Assembly: GCF_022539665.2 (NCBI RefSeq)
Contig: NC_081332.1
Location: 7,750,001 to 7,814,000 of the forward strand
DNA length: 64,000 bases
Source: Daphnia carinata
Taxonomy: Eukaryota
Direction of reading: 5' to 3'
The notes under the pieces were generated by a model. The model did not search any database, had not been told where the DNA came from, and saw nothing but the letters and a program-made list of their open reading frames with translations. Positions 1 through 12,978 of this stretch are shown here, one piece after another. Every line of letters starts with the position of its first letter. Within the stretch, counting starts at the first letter, position 1. Position numbers and translations under genes: made by a program.

Positions 1-2131
1 CAATGTGAATATAGTGATATTTAGAAACAGTTTCAATATCTACATTCAAACAGCATAAAATATACGTGTATTCAATGTGAATATAGTATTATAGAATAAG
101 TTTCAATATCTACATTCAAACAGCATCAAATATACGTGTATTCAATGTGAATATAGTATTATAGAATAAGTTTCAATATCTACATTCAAACAGCATCAAA
201 TATACGTGTATTCAATGTGAATATAGTGTTATAATGTGAGTTTCAATATCTACATTCAAACAGCATCAAATATACGTGTATTCAATGTGAATATAGTGCG
301 ATACAGTGAATTTCAACATCTATATTCAAACAGCATCAAATATACGTGTATTCAATGAGAATATAGTGTTATAGAATCAGTTTCATGATATACATTCAAA
401 CAGCATCAAATATACGTGTATTCAATGTGAATATAGTGTGATACAGTGAGTTTCAATATCTACATTTAAACAGCATCAAATATACGTTTATTCAATGTGA
501 ATATAGTGTTATAGTGTTTTAGAATCAGTTTAATGATCTACATTCAAACAGCATCAAATATACGTGTATACAATGTGAATATAGTGTTATAGAATAAGTT
601 TCAATATCTACATTCAAACAGTATCAAATATACGTGTATTCAATGTGAATGTAGTGTTATAGAATCAGTTTCATATCTACATTCAAACAGCATCAAATAT
701 ACTTGTATTCAATGTAAATATAGTGTTATAGAATCAGTTTCATGATCTACATTTAAACAACATCAAATATACGTGTATTCAATGTGAATATAGTGTGATA
801 CAGTAAGTTTCAATATCTAAATTCAAACAGCATCAAATATACGTGTATTCATTGTAAATATAGTGATATAGAATCAGTTTCAATATCTACATTCAAACAA
901 CATCAAATATACGTGTATTGAATGTGAATATAGTGTTATAGAATCAGTTTAATGATCTACATTCAAACAGCATCAAATATACGTGTATTCAATGTGAATA
1001 TAGTGTTACAGAATCAGTTTAATGATCTACATTCAAACAGCATCAAATATACGTGTATTCAATGTGAATTTAGTGTTATAGAATCAGTTTAATGATCTAC
1101 ATTCAAACAGCATCAAATATACGTGTATTCAATGTGAATATAGTGTTATAGAATCAGTTTAATGATCTACATTCAAACAGCATCAAATATACGTGTATTC
1201 AATGTGAATATAGTGTTATAGAATCAGTTTCAATATCTACATTCAAACAGCATCAAATATACGTGTATTCAATGTGAATATAGTGTTATAGAATCAGTTT
1301 CATGATCTACATTCAAACAGCATCAAATATACGTGTATTCAATGTGAATATAGTGTTATAGAATCAGTTTCATATCTACATTCAAACAGCATCAAATATA
1401 CGTGTATTCAATGTGAATATAGTGTGATACAGTAAGTTTCAATATCTACATTCAAACAGCATCAAATATCCGTGTATTCAATGTGAATATAGTGTTATAG
1501 AATCAGTTTAATATCTACATTCAAACAGCATCAAATATACGTGTATTCAATGTGAATATAGTGTTATAGAATCAGTTTAATGATCTATATTCAAACAGCA
1601 TCAAATATACGTGTATTCAATGTGAATATAGTGTAATATAGTGAGTTTCAATATAAACATTCAAATAGCATCAAATAAACGTGTATTCATTGTGAATATA
1701 GTGTTATAGAATCAGTTTAATGATCTACATTCAACAGCATCAACTATACGTGTATTCAATGTGAATATAGTGTGATACAATGAGTTTCAATATCTGCATT
1801 CAAACAGCATGAAATATACGTGTATTCAATGTGAATTTAGTGTTATAGAATCAGTTTCATGATCTACATTCAAACAACATCAAATATACGTGTATTCAAT
1901 GTGAATATAGTGTTATAGAATCAGTTTCAATATCTACATTCAAACAGCATCAAAAATACGTGTATTCATTGTGAATATAGTGTTATAGAATCAGTTTCAA
2001 TATCAACATTCAAACAGTATCAAATATACGTGTATTCAATGTGAATATAGTGTGATACAGTGAGTTTCAATATCTACTTTCAAACAGCATCAAATATACG
2101 TGTATTTAATGTGAATATAGTGTTATAGAAT
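1..2131. repeat. 70-bp tandem satellite, block 1 (consensus CAATGTGAATATAGTGTTATAGAATCAGTTTCAATATCTACATTCAAACAGCATCAAATATACGTGTATT)
   Basis: Direct reading: the motif shifts 10 nt per 60-nt line, giving a 70-bp period. Recurrent variants are GTTATAGAATCAG/GTGATACAGTGAG and TCAATATC/TCATGATC. Confidence 0.98.
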
Positions 2132-2523
2132 TAGATAATTGTTCGAGGTCGCTAACTAGCGACTGATGGACAATTAAGATTGTCGTACAAGTGGCGAGAC
2201 CTGGATCTATAAGGTGTTGACCTTGTATTACTCAGCTGATTTTTCAAAGTACAAAAAAAAACAAAAAAACAAGAAGATGTCACCTCAGGCCATTAGGACA
2301 AACGCCATTTCAGACCTATGAGGCTTTCAAATAAGGAAGGAATAAACACCATCCATGTAATCAACTTGCAGGAATTCGGTCTAAATTGGTTGACCAGTCT
2401 GATGCCTAAGTGGACGATGGCTGGTTTCTGCCACTTCCACTATTTCCTCTCCGGAAACTATAAAATGAAAAGAGAGAGAGAAAAGCATTAGAGAGCTGGT
2501 TGGGACGGTGGGTGGGAAATTAC

Positions 2524-2641
2524 TATAGATCCAGGTCTCGCCACTTGTACGACAATCTCAATTGTCCATCAGTCGCTAGTTAGCGACCTCGAACAATTAT
2601 CTAATTGTCGTTCAAGTGGCTCGACCTGGATCGATAAGGTG
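2524..2641. repeat. DIRS internal complementary region (ICR)
   Basis: 2524-2606 is the reverse complement of 2129-2211 with one mismatch. 2604-2641 is a diverged copy of the ITR start at 2179-2216, so this region represents the predicted circle junction. Confidence 0.88.
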
Positions 2642-2725
2642 ACTTCAAAGCACAAACCCTGGACCGAGAACCTAACAGATTCCCTGCCACGCATTCGCTA
2701 CCGATGCGTCCGCAGCCGGGCGACG

Positions 2726-3964
2726 GTAAAAACGCGTGAACGTCGATTCCGAATTCTAGCACCCAGCGGATAAAATAACATCCGTTGGAACTCCCAAACC
2801 AACCGCGTTAGACGCGGAAGCACCCCTCGTCGAATGGGCGGAATAGACAGCCGTGTCCACCACCGCCTCAGACAAAACCGACTTTATCCACCGCGCTACC
2901 GTTGAGGCGCCTATTGAACAGTGAGGAGGACGTAGCGCCAACAGCAGCAAGTTCGATTTCTTTCCTACGCGAAACCCTTCTGACGCTGAAATGTAGTCCT
3001 TTAGCGTCTCAACTGGACAAGCCAGCGTAACGGGCTGCAATCTCCTTAACGAGAGGACTTGTAGCGGGGAAGCTCGTTGCGACTTTCTTGGTTTGGTTAA
3101 GGCGAACCTTACTTGATTATCTTCGATTGCGATGGAATCCTTGACGATGCTAGCCAGCTCAGACACTCTGCATAGAGTTGAGAGGGCTAATAGGACGGCC
3201 AATTTCTTCGACAAACCTGAAAACGACAGCTCGCTGTTAGGTCCTAAAGATATTAAGTAGTTTACCACGAGATTTACGTCCCAAAATCCTGTATACTTTG
3301 GGCTCGGATGTTTCCGGTTATACGCTCCTTTCATGAGCTTCACCACGAGTGGGTGTTTGCCGATGTCGACGTCGTCGATCCTGCCCAACGTCGAAGATAG
3401 CATCGAACGGGCGACATTTATCGTCCTATACGCTTTCCCTTCGTCTACCAACGATGATAAGAATTGTAATACCTTAGCTAGAGGTGGAGACACGGGATCA
3501 ATGTCTTCTCGAACACACCAACTGTGCCAACTTTTCCATGCCGACTGGTAAGTAGCTGATGTTGTCCTACGGGCTCCCCCCAAGAGAAGGTCGACCACGC
3601 CGTCCGAAAGTCCGCTGCCTTCAAGTCGTCCCCTGACAATCTCCAGGCGATTAGCAGCAGTGACTCCGACAGCGGGTGTAGCTGGCCCATCGGTCCCCAC
3701 AGCAGCTTCTCTTTCGGAAGAATCACCGCCGGCTCGCAAGCCAGTTCCAATAGCGACGGGAACCATGGTTGGGCTGGCCAATGTGGAGTCACTAATGTCA
3801 GCTCCGCCCGCTCCTTCATTATCTTCATCAGACACCTCTGAATCAGATAAAACGGCGGGAATGCGTATGCGTCTATACCGGCCCAGCCGATGCTGAACGC
3901 GTCTACCGTTAGTGCGCCCGGCTGACGGCTCCAGCTGACAAACTGTCCTAGCTGGCTGTTCCAA
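2726..3964 (-). pseudogene. DIRS tyrosine recombinase, nonsense-disrupted
   Basis: Motifs LCRVSEL and HSTRGASAS. The TAG at 2756-2758 is probably a mutated TGG; the frame continues NSESTFTRFY, which contains the expected catalytic Tyr (2726-2728). Confidence 0.9.
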
Positions 3965-5028
3965 GCCGAAGCGAACAGGTCTACCCTTAGGCTACAGCGA
4001 GCTCTCAGGTTGTTGAACAATTTCGGGTTGAGCTTCCAATCGCTCGAGTCCAGAGGCGCTCTTGAAAGCCGATCTGCAATTACATTTTGCGCACCGGGAA
4101 GATACACAGCGTTAATAGTGATCGCACGCGGCTCACACCACGCCACGATCTGCGCACTTATTCGACATAAGCCCTCAGACCTCGAGCCGCCTGACTTGTT
4201 CACATAGTGAACCGCCGTGATGTTGTCCATCATCAACCGCACCGATACCCGTGAAGCTAATTCTGTAAAGGATTTCAGAGCATAAAGGGCCGCCATCAGC
4301 TCTAGCTCGTTGATGTGGCGGTATTGGTCATGCTCTGTCCATGGCCCTTTCGCTGTGGCATCGTTCAAGACTGCGCCCCACCCTGAGCGGGACGCGTCTG
4401 AAAATATGATTAGGTCGGGCTCTAGAGTCGAAAGCGGGGTACCGTTGGATCTTTCCACATTGAACGCCCACCAATCTAGATCAGAAATCGATTCTTCGTC
4501 CAATCTAATTTCTGCCGCTAAATCCTCCTTGAATCGTGCCGATTCCTTCAAAAACTGTCTTTGGACACACCTGTAGTGGCCCTGGGCAAAGGGAATCACT
4601 TGTATTGCCCAGGCTAGATTACCCAAAATCTTCGCCAGCTCTCTCAAAGAGACGCAGCTAGCGGCGCTAGCCTTGCGACACATCTCAACAATCTGACGCA
4701 CCTTTTTGGGTAGGAGGGAGATAGCTAATTTGTTTGAGTCCACCACGTGGCCTAAAAATTCTCGCACCTGCTCGGCCGCGCTTAGCGATTTTTCCCAATT
4801 GACCAAAAACCCACATTTCTGTAGCAATTCTACCGCCAAAACAAAATCGCGCTCCGCCCCCTCCTTGGACTGATTCAATATAAGAAAATCATCTAAATAA
4901 ACTACAATCCCAATTCCTTTTCTCCTCAAAAAAGCCGCCACCGGTTTCAAAATTTTAGTGAATGTCCAAGGGGCAGACGAAAGCCCGAAGCAAAGGCAAG
5001 AAAACTGGAAAAGCGACCCCCCCTCCAC
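3478..5028 (-). pseudogene. DIRS pol, C-terminal part: RT (YLDD), RNase H (FSDASRSGWG), adenine-methyltransferase-like domain (DLFAS...YAFPP)
   Basis: Motifs in the ORF translation. Frameshifted from the upstream RT part at a C-run near 5017-5023. Confidence 0.9.
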
Positions 5029-6381
5029 ATAAATTGCAAAAACTTTTTGTGGTCTGGGTGGATGGGAACGGTAAGGTACGCGTCTAGGTGATCGATCTTC
5101 GTAAAAAAGTCCCCCTTCCTTATCAATCCTTTCATCACACTTACGCCTTCCATTTTAAAATGAAACTGTTGCACAAATTTATTAAGGTTTTTTAAATTAA
5201 TAATCGGTCTATAACCGCCCGAGCTTTTAGGAATAACAAAAATACCGCTCACAAAGCCCATGCAATCTAACGGGATCCTTTCCACGGCTCCTTTTGCCAA
5301 AAGGGATTCTACCTCCGCCTCACAGATTGCCCTCGTTTCTGGACTGAAACGCATATTAACACCGGTGGTAGACTGAGACGGTAAATTGATAAAGGGAATC
5401 TTTACTCCTAAAGAAACCGAATCCAGAATCCACCTATCGGCTGTAAGCGATGGCCAAAAGGAAGCGAAATCTCGCACCCTCCCCCCAACAACGTTACCTG
5501 ATATCGGCGGCGATACAGTAGTTGATAAAGTATATACAACCGGAGAAACTAACCTGGAACCGCGGTTGTACGAGCTGGGTTTTGAGCCTCGTTTGTTGAA
5601 GCTGCCTTGCAAGTTAAATCCGTATCCTGATCTCCCGCTCCTCGAGCCACGTTTGAAACCGCTGGTTCTGCTGGGCCTATAGGACGAGGCGGGATTCGAC
5701 CGCCTTCCCCCAGGTTGACCTAGAGATTTAAGGTCATCCGAAGCGTCTCTAACCATACTCCTGAGGAAAGTACGGCCGAAAAGAAGTGCACATTCTTTTG
5801 GTCTAAATCGACCCGATTCGGATAGCAAGGATTCGAACCGGGGGTCAGTCTGGCGCAGCACATTTTCTCTCCTCTGGGCCGTGATATTGTGGAAGGCATG
5901 GCCCCATAACTGCAGAGCTGATTCTGCTGCGCTGACGAGAAGCGGGTCGATAGCGGCTGCATCAGAAGTGGCGCTTCCCCACAAATACAGCAGCGGTTTG
6001 GCAATATCTAAAATTTTATACTGAGAGGCCACGAGGGCCTTCTCTTTAGCCTCCGCCTTGCTAGCTTCCCCTCCTCTTACTTCCTTGAGTCTACGTGCCA
6101 TCGAAGGGTCCAGCTTTGGGACCTGAAAGTCGAAGGAACTTTTTCAAAGCAAGGCACGAAATTCTCTCGTAGCTGCCTGGACTCCACCGGTTTTAGAGTT
6201 GAAGTCATCCAGCTTCGAAGCTCCTTGGAACGAGCTTTGTCGAGCTGAAAGCCCTTCGGGAGAAGGGGTTCTTGCTCCTGAGCACGGGAAAGGTTTCCGG
6301 CACTTACTACTTCCAAATCCGACTCGATCCTCTCAGGCGGGGCTCTCACTTTGCGTTGGTTGCGAGAGCGATCGACCGAGC
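4947..6381 (-). pseudogene. DIRS gag-like ORF running into the RT N-terminus (frameshifted, 5' end lost)
   Basis: ORFs 4947-6101 and 6077-6394. RT motifs FVIPKSSGGYRPIINLK and KIDHLDAYLTVPI. Confidence 0.8.
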
Positions 6382-9300
6382 GAATCAGTTTCAATATCTA
6401 CATTCAAACAGCATCAAATATAGTATTCAATGTGAATATAGTGTTATAGAATCAGTTTCAATATCTACATTCAAACAGCATCAAATATACGTGTATTCAA
6501 TGTGAATATAGTGTTATAGAATCAGTTTCAATATCTGCATTCAAACAGCATCAAATATACGTGTATTCAATGTGAATATAGTGTTATAGAATCAGTTTCA
6601 TGATCTACATTCAAACAGTATCAAATATACGTGTATGCAATGTGAATATAGTGTTATAGAATCAGTTTCAATATCTACATTCAAACAGCATAAAATATAC
6701 GTGTATTTAATATGAATATAGTGTTCCAGAATCAGTTTCATGATCTACATTCAAACAGTATCAAATATACGTGTATTCAATGTGAATATAGTGTGATACA
6801 GTGAGTTTTAATATCTACATTCAAACAGCATCAAATATACGTGTATTCAATGTGAATATAGTGTGATACAGTGAGTTTCAATATCTACATTCAAACAGCA
6901 TCAAATATACGTGTGTTCAATGTGAATATAGTGTTATAGAATCAATTTCAATATCTACATTCAAACAGCAGCAAATATACGTGTATTCAATGTGAATATA
7001 GTGTTATAGAATCAGTTTCAAAATCTACATTCAAACAGAATCAAAAATACGTGTATTCAATGTGAATATAGTGTGATACAGTGAGTTTGAATATCTACAT
7101 TCAAACAGCATCAAATATACGTGTATTCAATGTGAATATAGTGTTATAGAATCAGTTTCAATATCTACATTCAAACAGCATCAAATATACGTGTATTCAA
7201 TATGAATATAGTGTTCCAGAATCAGTTTCATGATCTACATACAAACATCAAATATACGTGTATTCAATGTGAATATAGTGTTATAGAATCAGTTTCAATA
7301 TCTACATTCAAACAGCATCAAATATACGTGTATTCAATGTGAATATAGTGTTATAGAATCAGTTTCAATATCTACATTCAAACAGCATCAAATATACGTG
7401 TATTCAATGTGAATATAGTGTTATAGAATCAGTTTCAATATCTACATTCAAACATTATCAAATATACGTGTATTCAATGTGAATATAGTCAATACAGTCA
7501 GTTTCAATATCTACATTCAAACAGCATCAAATATACGTGTATTCAATGTGAATATAGTGTTATAGAATCAGTTTCAATTATAATATCTACATTCAAACAG
7601 CATCAAATATACGTGTATTCAATGTGAATATAGTGTGATAGAATCAGTTTCAATATCTACATTCAAACAGCATCAAATATACGTGTATTCAATGTGAATA
7701 TAGTGTGATACAATCAGTTTCAATATCTACATTCAAACAGCATCAAATATACGTGTATTCAATGTGAATATAGTGTTATAGAATCAGTTTCAATATCTAC
7801 ATTCAAACAGCATCAAATATACGTGTATTCAATGTGAATATAGTGTTATAGAATCAGTTTCAATATCTACATTCAAACAGCATCAAATATACGTGTATTC
7901 AATGTGAATATAGTGTTATAGAATCAGTTTCAATATCTACATTCAAACAGCATCAAATATATGTGTATTCAATTTGAATATAGTGTTATAGAATCAGTTT
8001 CATGATCTACATTCAAACATTATCAAATATACGTGTATTCAATGTGAATATAGTGTTATAGAATCAGTTTCAATATCTACATTCAAACAGCATCAAATAT
8101 ACGTGTATTCAATGTGAATATAGTGTTATAGAATCAGTTTCAATATCTACATTCAAACAGCATCAAATATACGTGTATTCAATGTGAATATAGTGTTATA
8201 GAATCAGTTTCAATATCTACATTCAAACAGCATCAAATATACGTGTATTCAATGTGAATATAGTGTTATAGAATCAGTTTCAATATCTACATTCAAACAG
8301 CATCAATTATACGTGTATCAATTATACGTGTATTCAATGTGAATATAGTGTTATAGAATCAGTTTCATGATCTACATTCAAACATTATCAAATATACGTG
8401 TATTCAACGTGAATATAGTGTTATAGAATCAGTTTCAATATCTACATTCAAACAGCATCAAATATACGTGTATTCAATGTGAATATAGTGTGTGTTACAT
8501 TAGAATACAGTTTCAATATGAATATAGTGTTCTACAGTTTCAAATTCAAATCAAATATACGTGTATTCAATATGAATATAGTATGATACAGTGAGTTTCA
8601 ATATCTACATTGAAACAGCATCAAATATACGTGTATTCAATGTGAATATAGTATGATACAGTGTGTTTCAATATCTACATTCAAACAGCATCAAATATAC
8701 GTGTATTCAATGTGAATATAGTGTTATAGAATCAGTTTCAATATCTACATTCATCAAATTCGTGTATTCAATGTGAATATAGTGTAATACAGTGGGTTTC
8801 AATATCTACATTCAAACAGCATCAAAAATACGTGTATTCAATGTGAATATAATAGAATCTACATTCAAACAGCATCAAATATACGTGTATTCAATGTGAA
8901 TATAGTGTTATATATAATCAGTTTCAATATCTACATTCAAACAGCATCAAATATACGTGTATTCAATGTGAATATAGTGTTATGGAATCAGTTTCATGAT
9001 CTACATTCAACAGCATAAAATATACGTGTATTCAATGTGAATATAGTGTTATAGAATCAGTTTCAATATATACATTCAAACAGCATCAAATATATGTGTA
9101 TTCAATGTGAATATAGTGTAATACAGTGAGTTTCAATATCTACATTCAAACAGCATCAAATATATATGAATATAGTGTTATTCAATGTCAAATATAGTAT
9201 TCAATGTGAATATAGAATCAGTTTCAATGATCTACATTCAAACAGCATCAAATATACGTGTATTCAATGTGAATATAGTGTTATAGAATCAGTTTCAATA

Positions 9301-11159
9301 TCTACATTCAAACAGCATCAAATATATGTTACAATATCTACATTGAATATATATAGAAGTGTCAGTTTCAATATCTACAAAAACACATCAAATATATTCA
9401 ATGTGTATATCAGTTTCATGTGAATATATATGTTATAGAATCAGTTTCAATATCTACATTCAAACAGCATCAAATATACGTGTATTCAATGTGAATATAG
9501 TGTTATAGAATCAGTTTCAATGATCTACATTCAAACAGCATCAAATATACGTGTATTCAATGTGAATATAGTGTTATAGAATCTACATTCAAACAGCATT
9601 AAATATACATGTATTCAATGTGAATATAGTGTGATACAGTGAGTTTCAATATCTACATTCAAACAGCATCAAATATATTCAAACAGCATCAAATATACGT
9701 GTATTCAATGTGAATATAGTCAAATATTATTGAATACAGTGAGTTTCAATATCTACATTCAAACAGCATCAAATATACGTGTATTCAATGTGAATATAGT
9801 GTTATAGAATCAGTTTCAATATCTACATTCAAACAGCATCAAATATACGTGTATTCAATGTGAATATAGTGTTATAGAATTCATGAAATATAGTTTCAAT
9901 ATGAATATGATCTACATTACATTCAAAAACAGCATCAAATATACGTGTATTCAATGTGAATATAGTGTTATAGAATCAGTTTCATGATCTACATTCAAAC
10001 AGCATCAAATATACGTGTATTCAATGTGAATATAGTGTGATACAGTAAGTTTCAAATAATATCTACATTCAAACAGCATCAAATATACGTGTATTCAATG
10101 TGAATATAGTGTTAAAATGAGTTTCAATGATCTACATTCAAACAGCATCAAATATACGTGTATTCAATGTGAATATAGTGTTATAGAATCAGTTTCAATA
10201 TCTACATTCAAACAGCATCAAATATACGTGTATTCAATGTGAATATAGTGTTATAGACAATCAGTTTCAATATCTACATTCAAACAGCATCAAATATACG
10301 TGTATTCAATGTGAATATAGTGTTATAGAATCAGTTTCATGATCTACATTCAACAGCATCAAATATACGTGTATTCAATGTGAATATAGTGTTATAGAAT
10401 CAGTTTCATGATCTACATTCAAACAGCATCAAATATATCCATGTGAATATATATAGAATGAGTTTCAATGATCTACATTGCATCAAATATACGTGTAATA
10501 TGTGAATATAGTGTTATAGAATCAGTTTCAATATCTACATTCAACAGCATCAAATATACGTGTATTCAATGTGAATATAGTGTGATACAATGAGTTTCAA
10601 TATCTACATTGAAACAGCATCAAATATACGTGTATTCAATGTGAATATAGTGTTATAGAATCAGTTTCATGATCTACATTCAACAGCATCAAATATACGT
10701 GTATTCAATGTGAATATAGTGTTATAGAATCTCTTTCATGATCTACATTCAAACAGCATCAAATATACGTGTATTCAATGTGAATATAGTGTGATACAGT
10801 GATTTTCAATATCTACATTAAAACAGCATCAAATATACGTGTATTCAATGTGAATATAGTGTTATACAGAATCAGTTTCAATGATCTACATTCAAACAGC
10901 ATCAAATATACGTGTATTCAATGTGAATATAGTGTTATAGAGTCAGTTTCAATATCTACATTCAAACAGCATCAAGTATACGTGTATTCAATGTGAATAT
11001 AGTGTTATAGAATCAGTTTCATGATCTACATTCAAACAGCATCAAATATACGTCTATTCAATGTGAATATAGTGTTATAGAATCAGTTTCATGATCTACA
11101 TTCAAACAGCATCAAATATACGGGTATTAAATGTGAATATAGTGTGATACAGTGAGTTA
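6382..11159. repeat. 70-bp satellite, block 2
   Basis: Same unit; scrambled or partial units at about 8480-10500. Confidence 0.97.
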
Positions 11160-11965
11160 TGTAAAGCATTCTTTTAGTGATTGAAAAGAATGACTTTACT
11201 TTATTAAAGACAAATTGTAATAAGAAAAATGAACTCGGGAAAGCGTTATCACAATGTCGAATATATTTTATTCTAATAGGCCAAAGATAATAAAAGCATT
11301 ACACAGATATAAGATATAAATGGGAAACGGAAATACAAAATGGAGTCAGGCGAATTTAGTCTTACCGTCACCGCTGTGGCGAAGATGGAATAAAGATGTC
11401 AAACGTTGAAAGAGAAAAGATAAGGAATAACGGGACTTGTCGGTCGCACAAAAAGCGATGAAGACACTCACAATAATTATTGAATAAGAACAAATTAAAC
11501 TCACTATATTTGAAGAAAATAATAGCACTTGGAGCACTAAGAATGAGAGCTGGAACTAGAACTGGAACTAGAACAAGAGAGAGCTGAAGAACTGTGGAAC
11601 TAACTTTTGGGAACAAAAAGGGTATCCTTTTATACGTTTTACATGTTTGAGGGAAACATAGCATTTCCGACAGATGAGCTCCGGATATAAGTTATTGAAT
11701 ATCTCACGCAGCAACATTTCTTATTCATGGAAATGTATGGCGCGATGTTCTACGCATTAAGCTCATCCAATCAGCAATAAGCAGGATGTAAAGTATAATA
11801 TAAAAATAGAATTCAAAGAAATGTCAATGACACTTGAATTACTATATTTATAATGTATAGTTTAAATATAATGCATAACAAACATAATATATAATTTTAA
11901 TATAAAGAAAACAAACAATGAAGATAAAATATAATCAAAAGTTGTATTTTGGTGACTTCGTTACA
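11160..11965 (-). repeat. Gypsy-A 3' LTR
   Basis: TGTAAAG...GTTACA; direct repeat of 22350-23155. Confidence 0.95.
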
Positions 11966-11998
11966 TCACTCCCGGCGGTGCGAGATTACGTCCCGTAA

Positions 11999-12978
11999 TC
12001 AGACTTGGTAAGCGAAATCAGGCTCCGGTTCTTGAATTGGGCGACAGCATAACTTGCTGATAAGTCCGAAAAATCCACAGCCATAACAAATGCGTAAGAA
12101 AAGTAGACCCAGGAGGCATAGTACACCGATGAAGAAATAATTTTTAATAGTTTCCCACCAGCTGGTATAACTAGCCCCTCCAGATGCGGATAATAAGACC
12201 TTGGTGACACTTGGACGATTATTGGTTGAAAACTCACTCGGCGAATGTTCATTCATAGCTGCGGCAATATCAGCCATTATACTCATATGATCCATAATAG
12301 TTTCACTATACGCAGGGTTACTTTTATGTTCATAATCAAAAAATTTCACGTCTTCATACCGAAAAGAATGCGCAAGAGTTTGTATTGGTAACACGATACT
12401 TGCGTTCACAGGCTTCCAAGTGTTATTGCGAAACGCATAAGGTATGTCATTGAAGTTCACAAATCCATTTGTCCAATAACACGGCGAATATTTAACGAGT
12501 TCCCAACCGTTCAGGTTAATTGTATAATTTTAAAATTTTGGTTGCGGTCCGCAAGACGTTACGACTGTTTCGAAAGTCACATTTAAAGGTTTACACGAGA
12601 TGACAATGGCGGTTTTTCCTAAGGCTTGCAATTTTGTGCACTTGGGTAGATCTAGATGTGAAGGAGCTAACCAGCCATTATATTGTGCTGCAATAATTGC
12701 TCTTACATGTTTCGCATTTCTTGAATCACACTGTAAGATTTGAATTAATCGTGATAATTCATTTTCATGGTCCGTAAGTTGATCACGAACATATTGTAAA
12801 GTAGCGGGATGGTCCAAATTTTGGCCGCCAGGTGGCGCGAGGTCTGCCAATGTTATTGTCGACAAATTTTCCATGATGGCCGCCGTTGTAACGAAGAGTT
12901 TTGATTGACCGAGAATATTAAAGGCATCAGATTTCTTTGAACAAGAGTTTTGTATGGGAATACAACGCGGTTGAAAAG
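11999..12978 (-). pseudogene. C-terminal part of an env-like glycoprotein, class-III-like (chuvirus G / herpesvirus gB type), with TM anchor
   Basis: ORFs 12530-12874 and 11999-12460; the upstream frame stays open to ~12978. Cys pattern ALGKTAIVISCKPLNVTFETVVTSCGPQP, N-glycosylation sequons and a C-terminal TM segment (YFFIGVLCLLGLLFLRIC). Family assignment is by recalled motif resemblance only. Confidence 0.6.

Larger units (their letters stand above)
2129..6381 (-). mobile_element. DIRS1-like tyrosine-recombinase retrotransposon, 5'-truncated and defective
   Basis: Overlapping gag, RT-RNaseH-methyltransferase and YR ORFs. The terminal 83 bp (2129-2211) is inverted-complementary to an internal region (2524-2606), as in the DIRS ICR design. 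No TSD; the left ITR is absent. Confidence 0.93.

Noticed and set aside
3478..3980. Adenine-methyltransferase-like domain as a novel or bacterial gene
   Set aside because: This is an established component of DIRS1-like pol.
3333..5682. Plus-strand ORFs opposite DIRS, pol and env genes throughout the window
   Set aside because: Antisense shadows of long coding frames, with no independent motif or homologue.
8480..10500. Scrambled satellite units as a biological rearrangement hotspot
   Set aside because: The pattern of fused partial units is equally consistent with consensus error and cannot be judged without reads.
9166..10996. Short ORFs in the satellite (also 6272, 30890, 46026, 58287)
   Set aside because: Chance read-through of the repeat unit.
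11346..11664. Duplicated ORFs (also 22536-22854, and 36068/44351)
   Set aside because: They lie inside LTRs, so the duplication is explained; no coding hallmarks.
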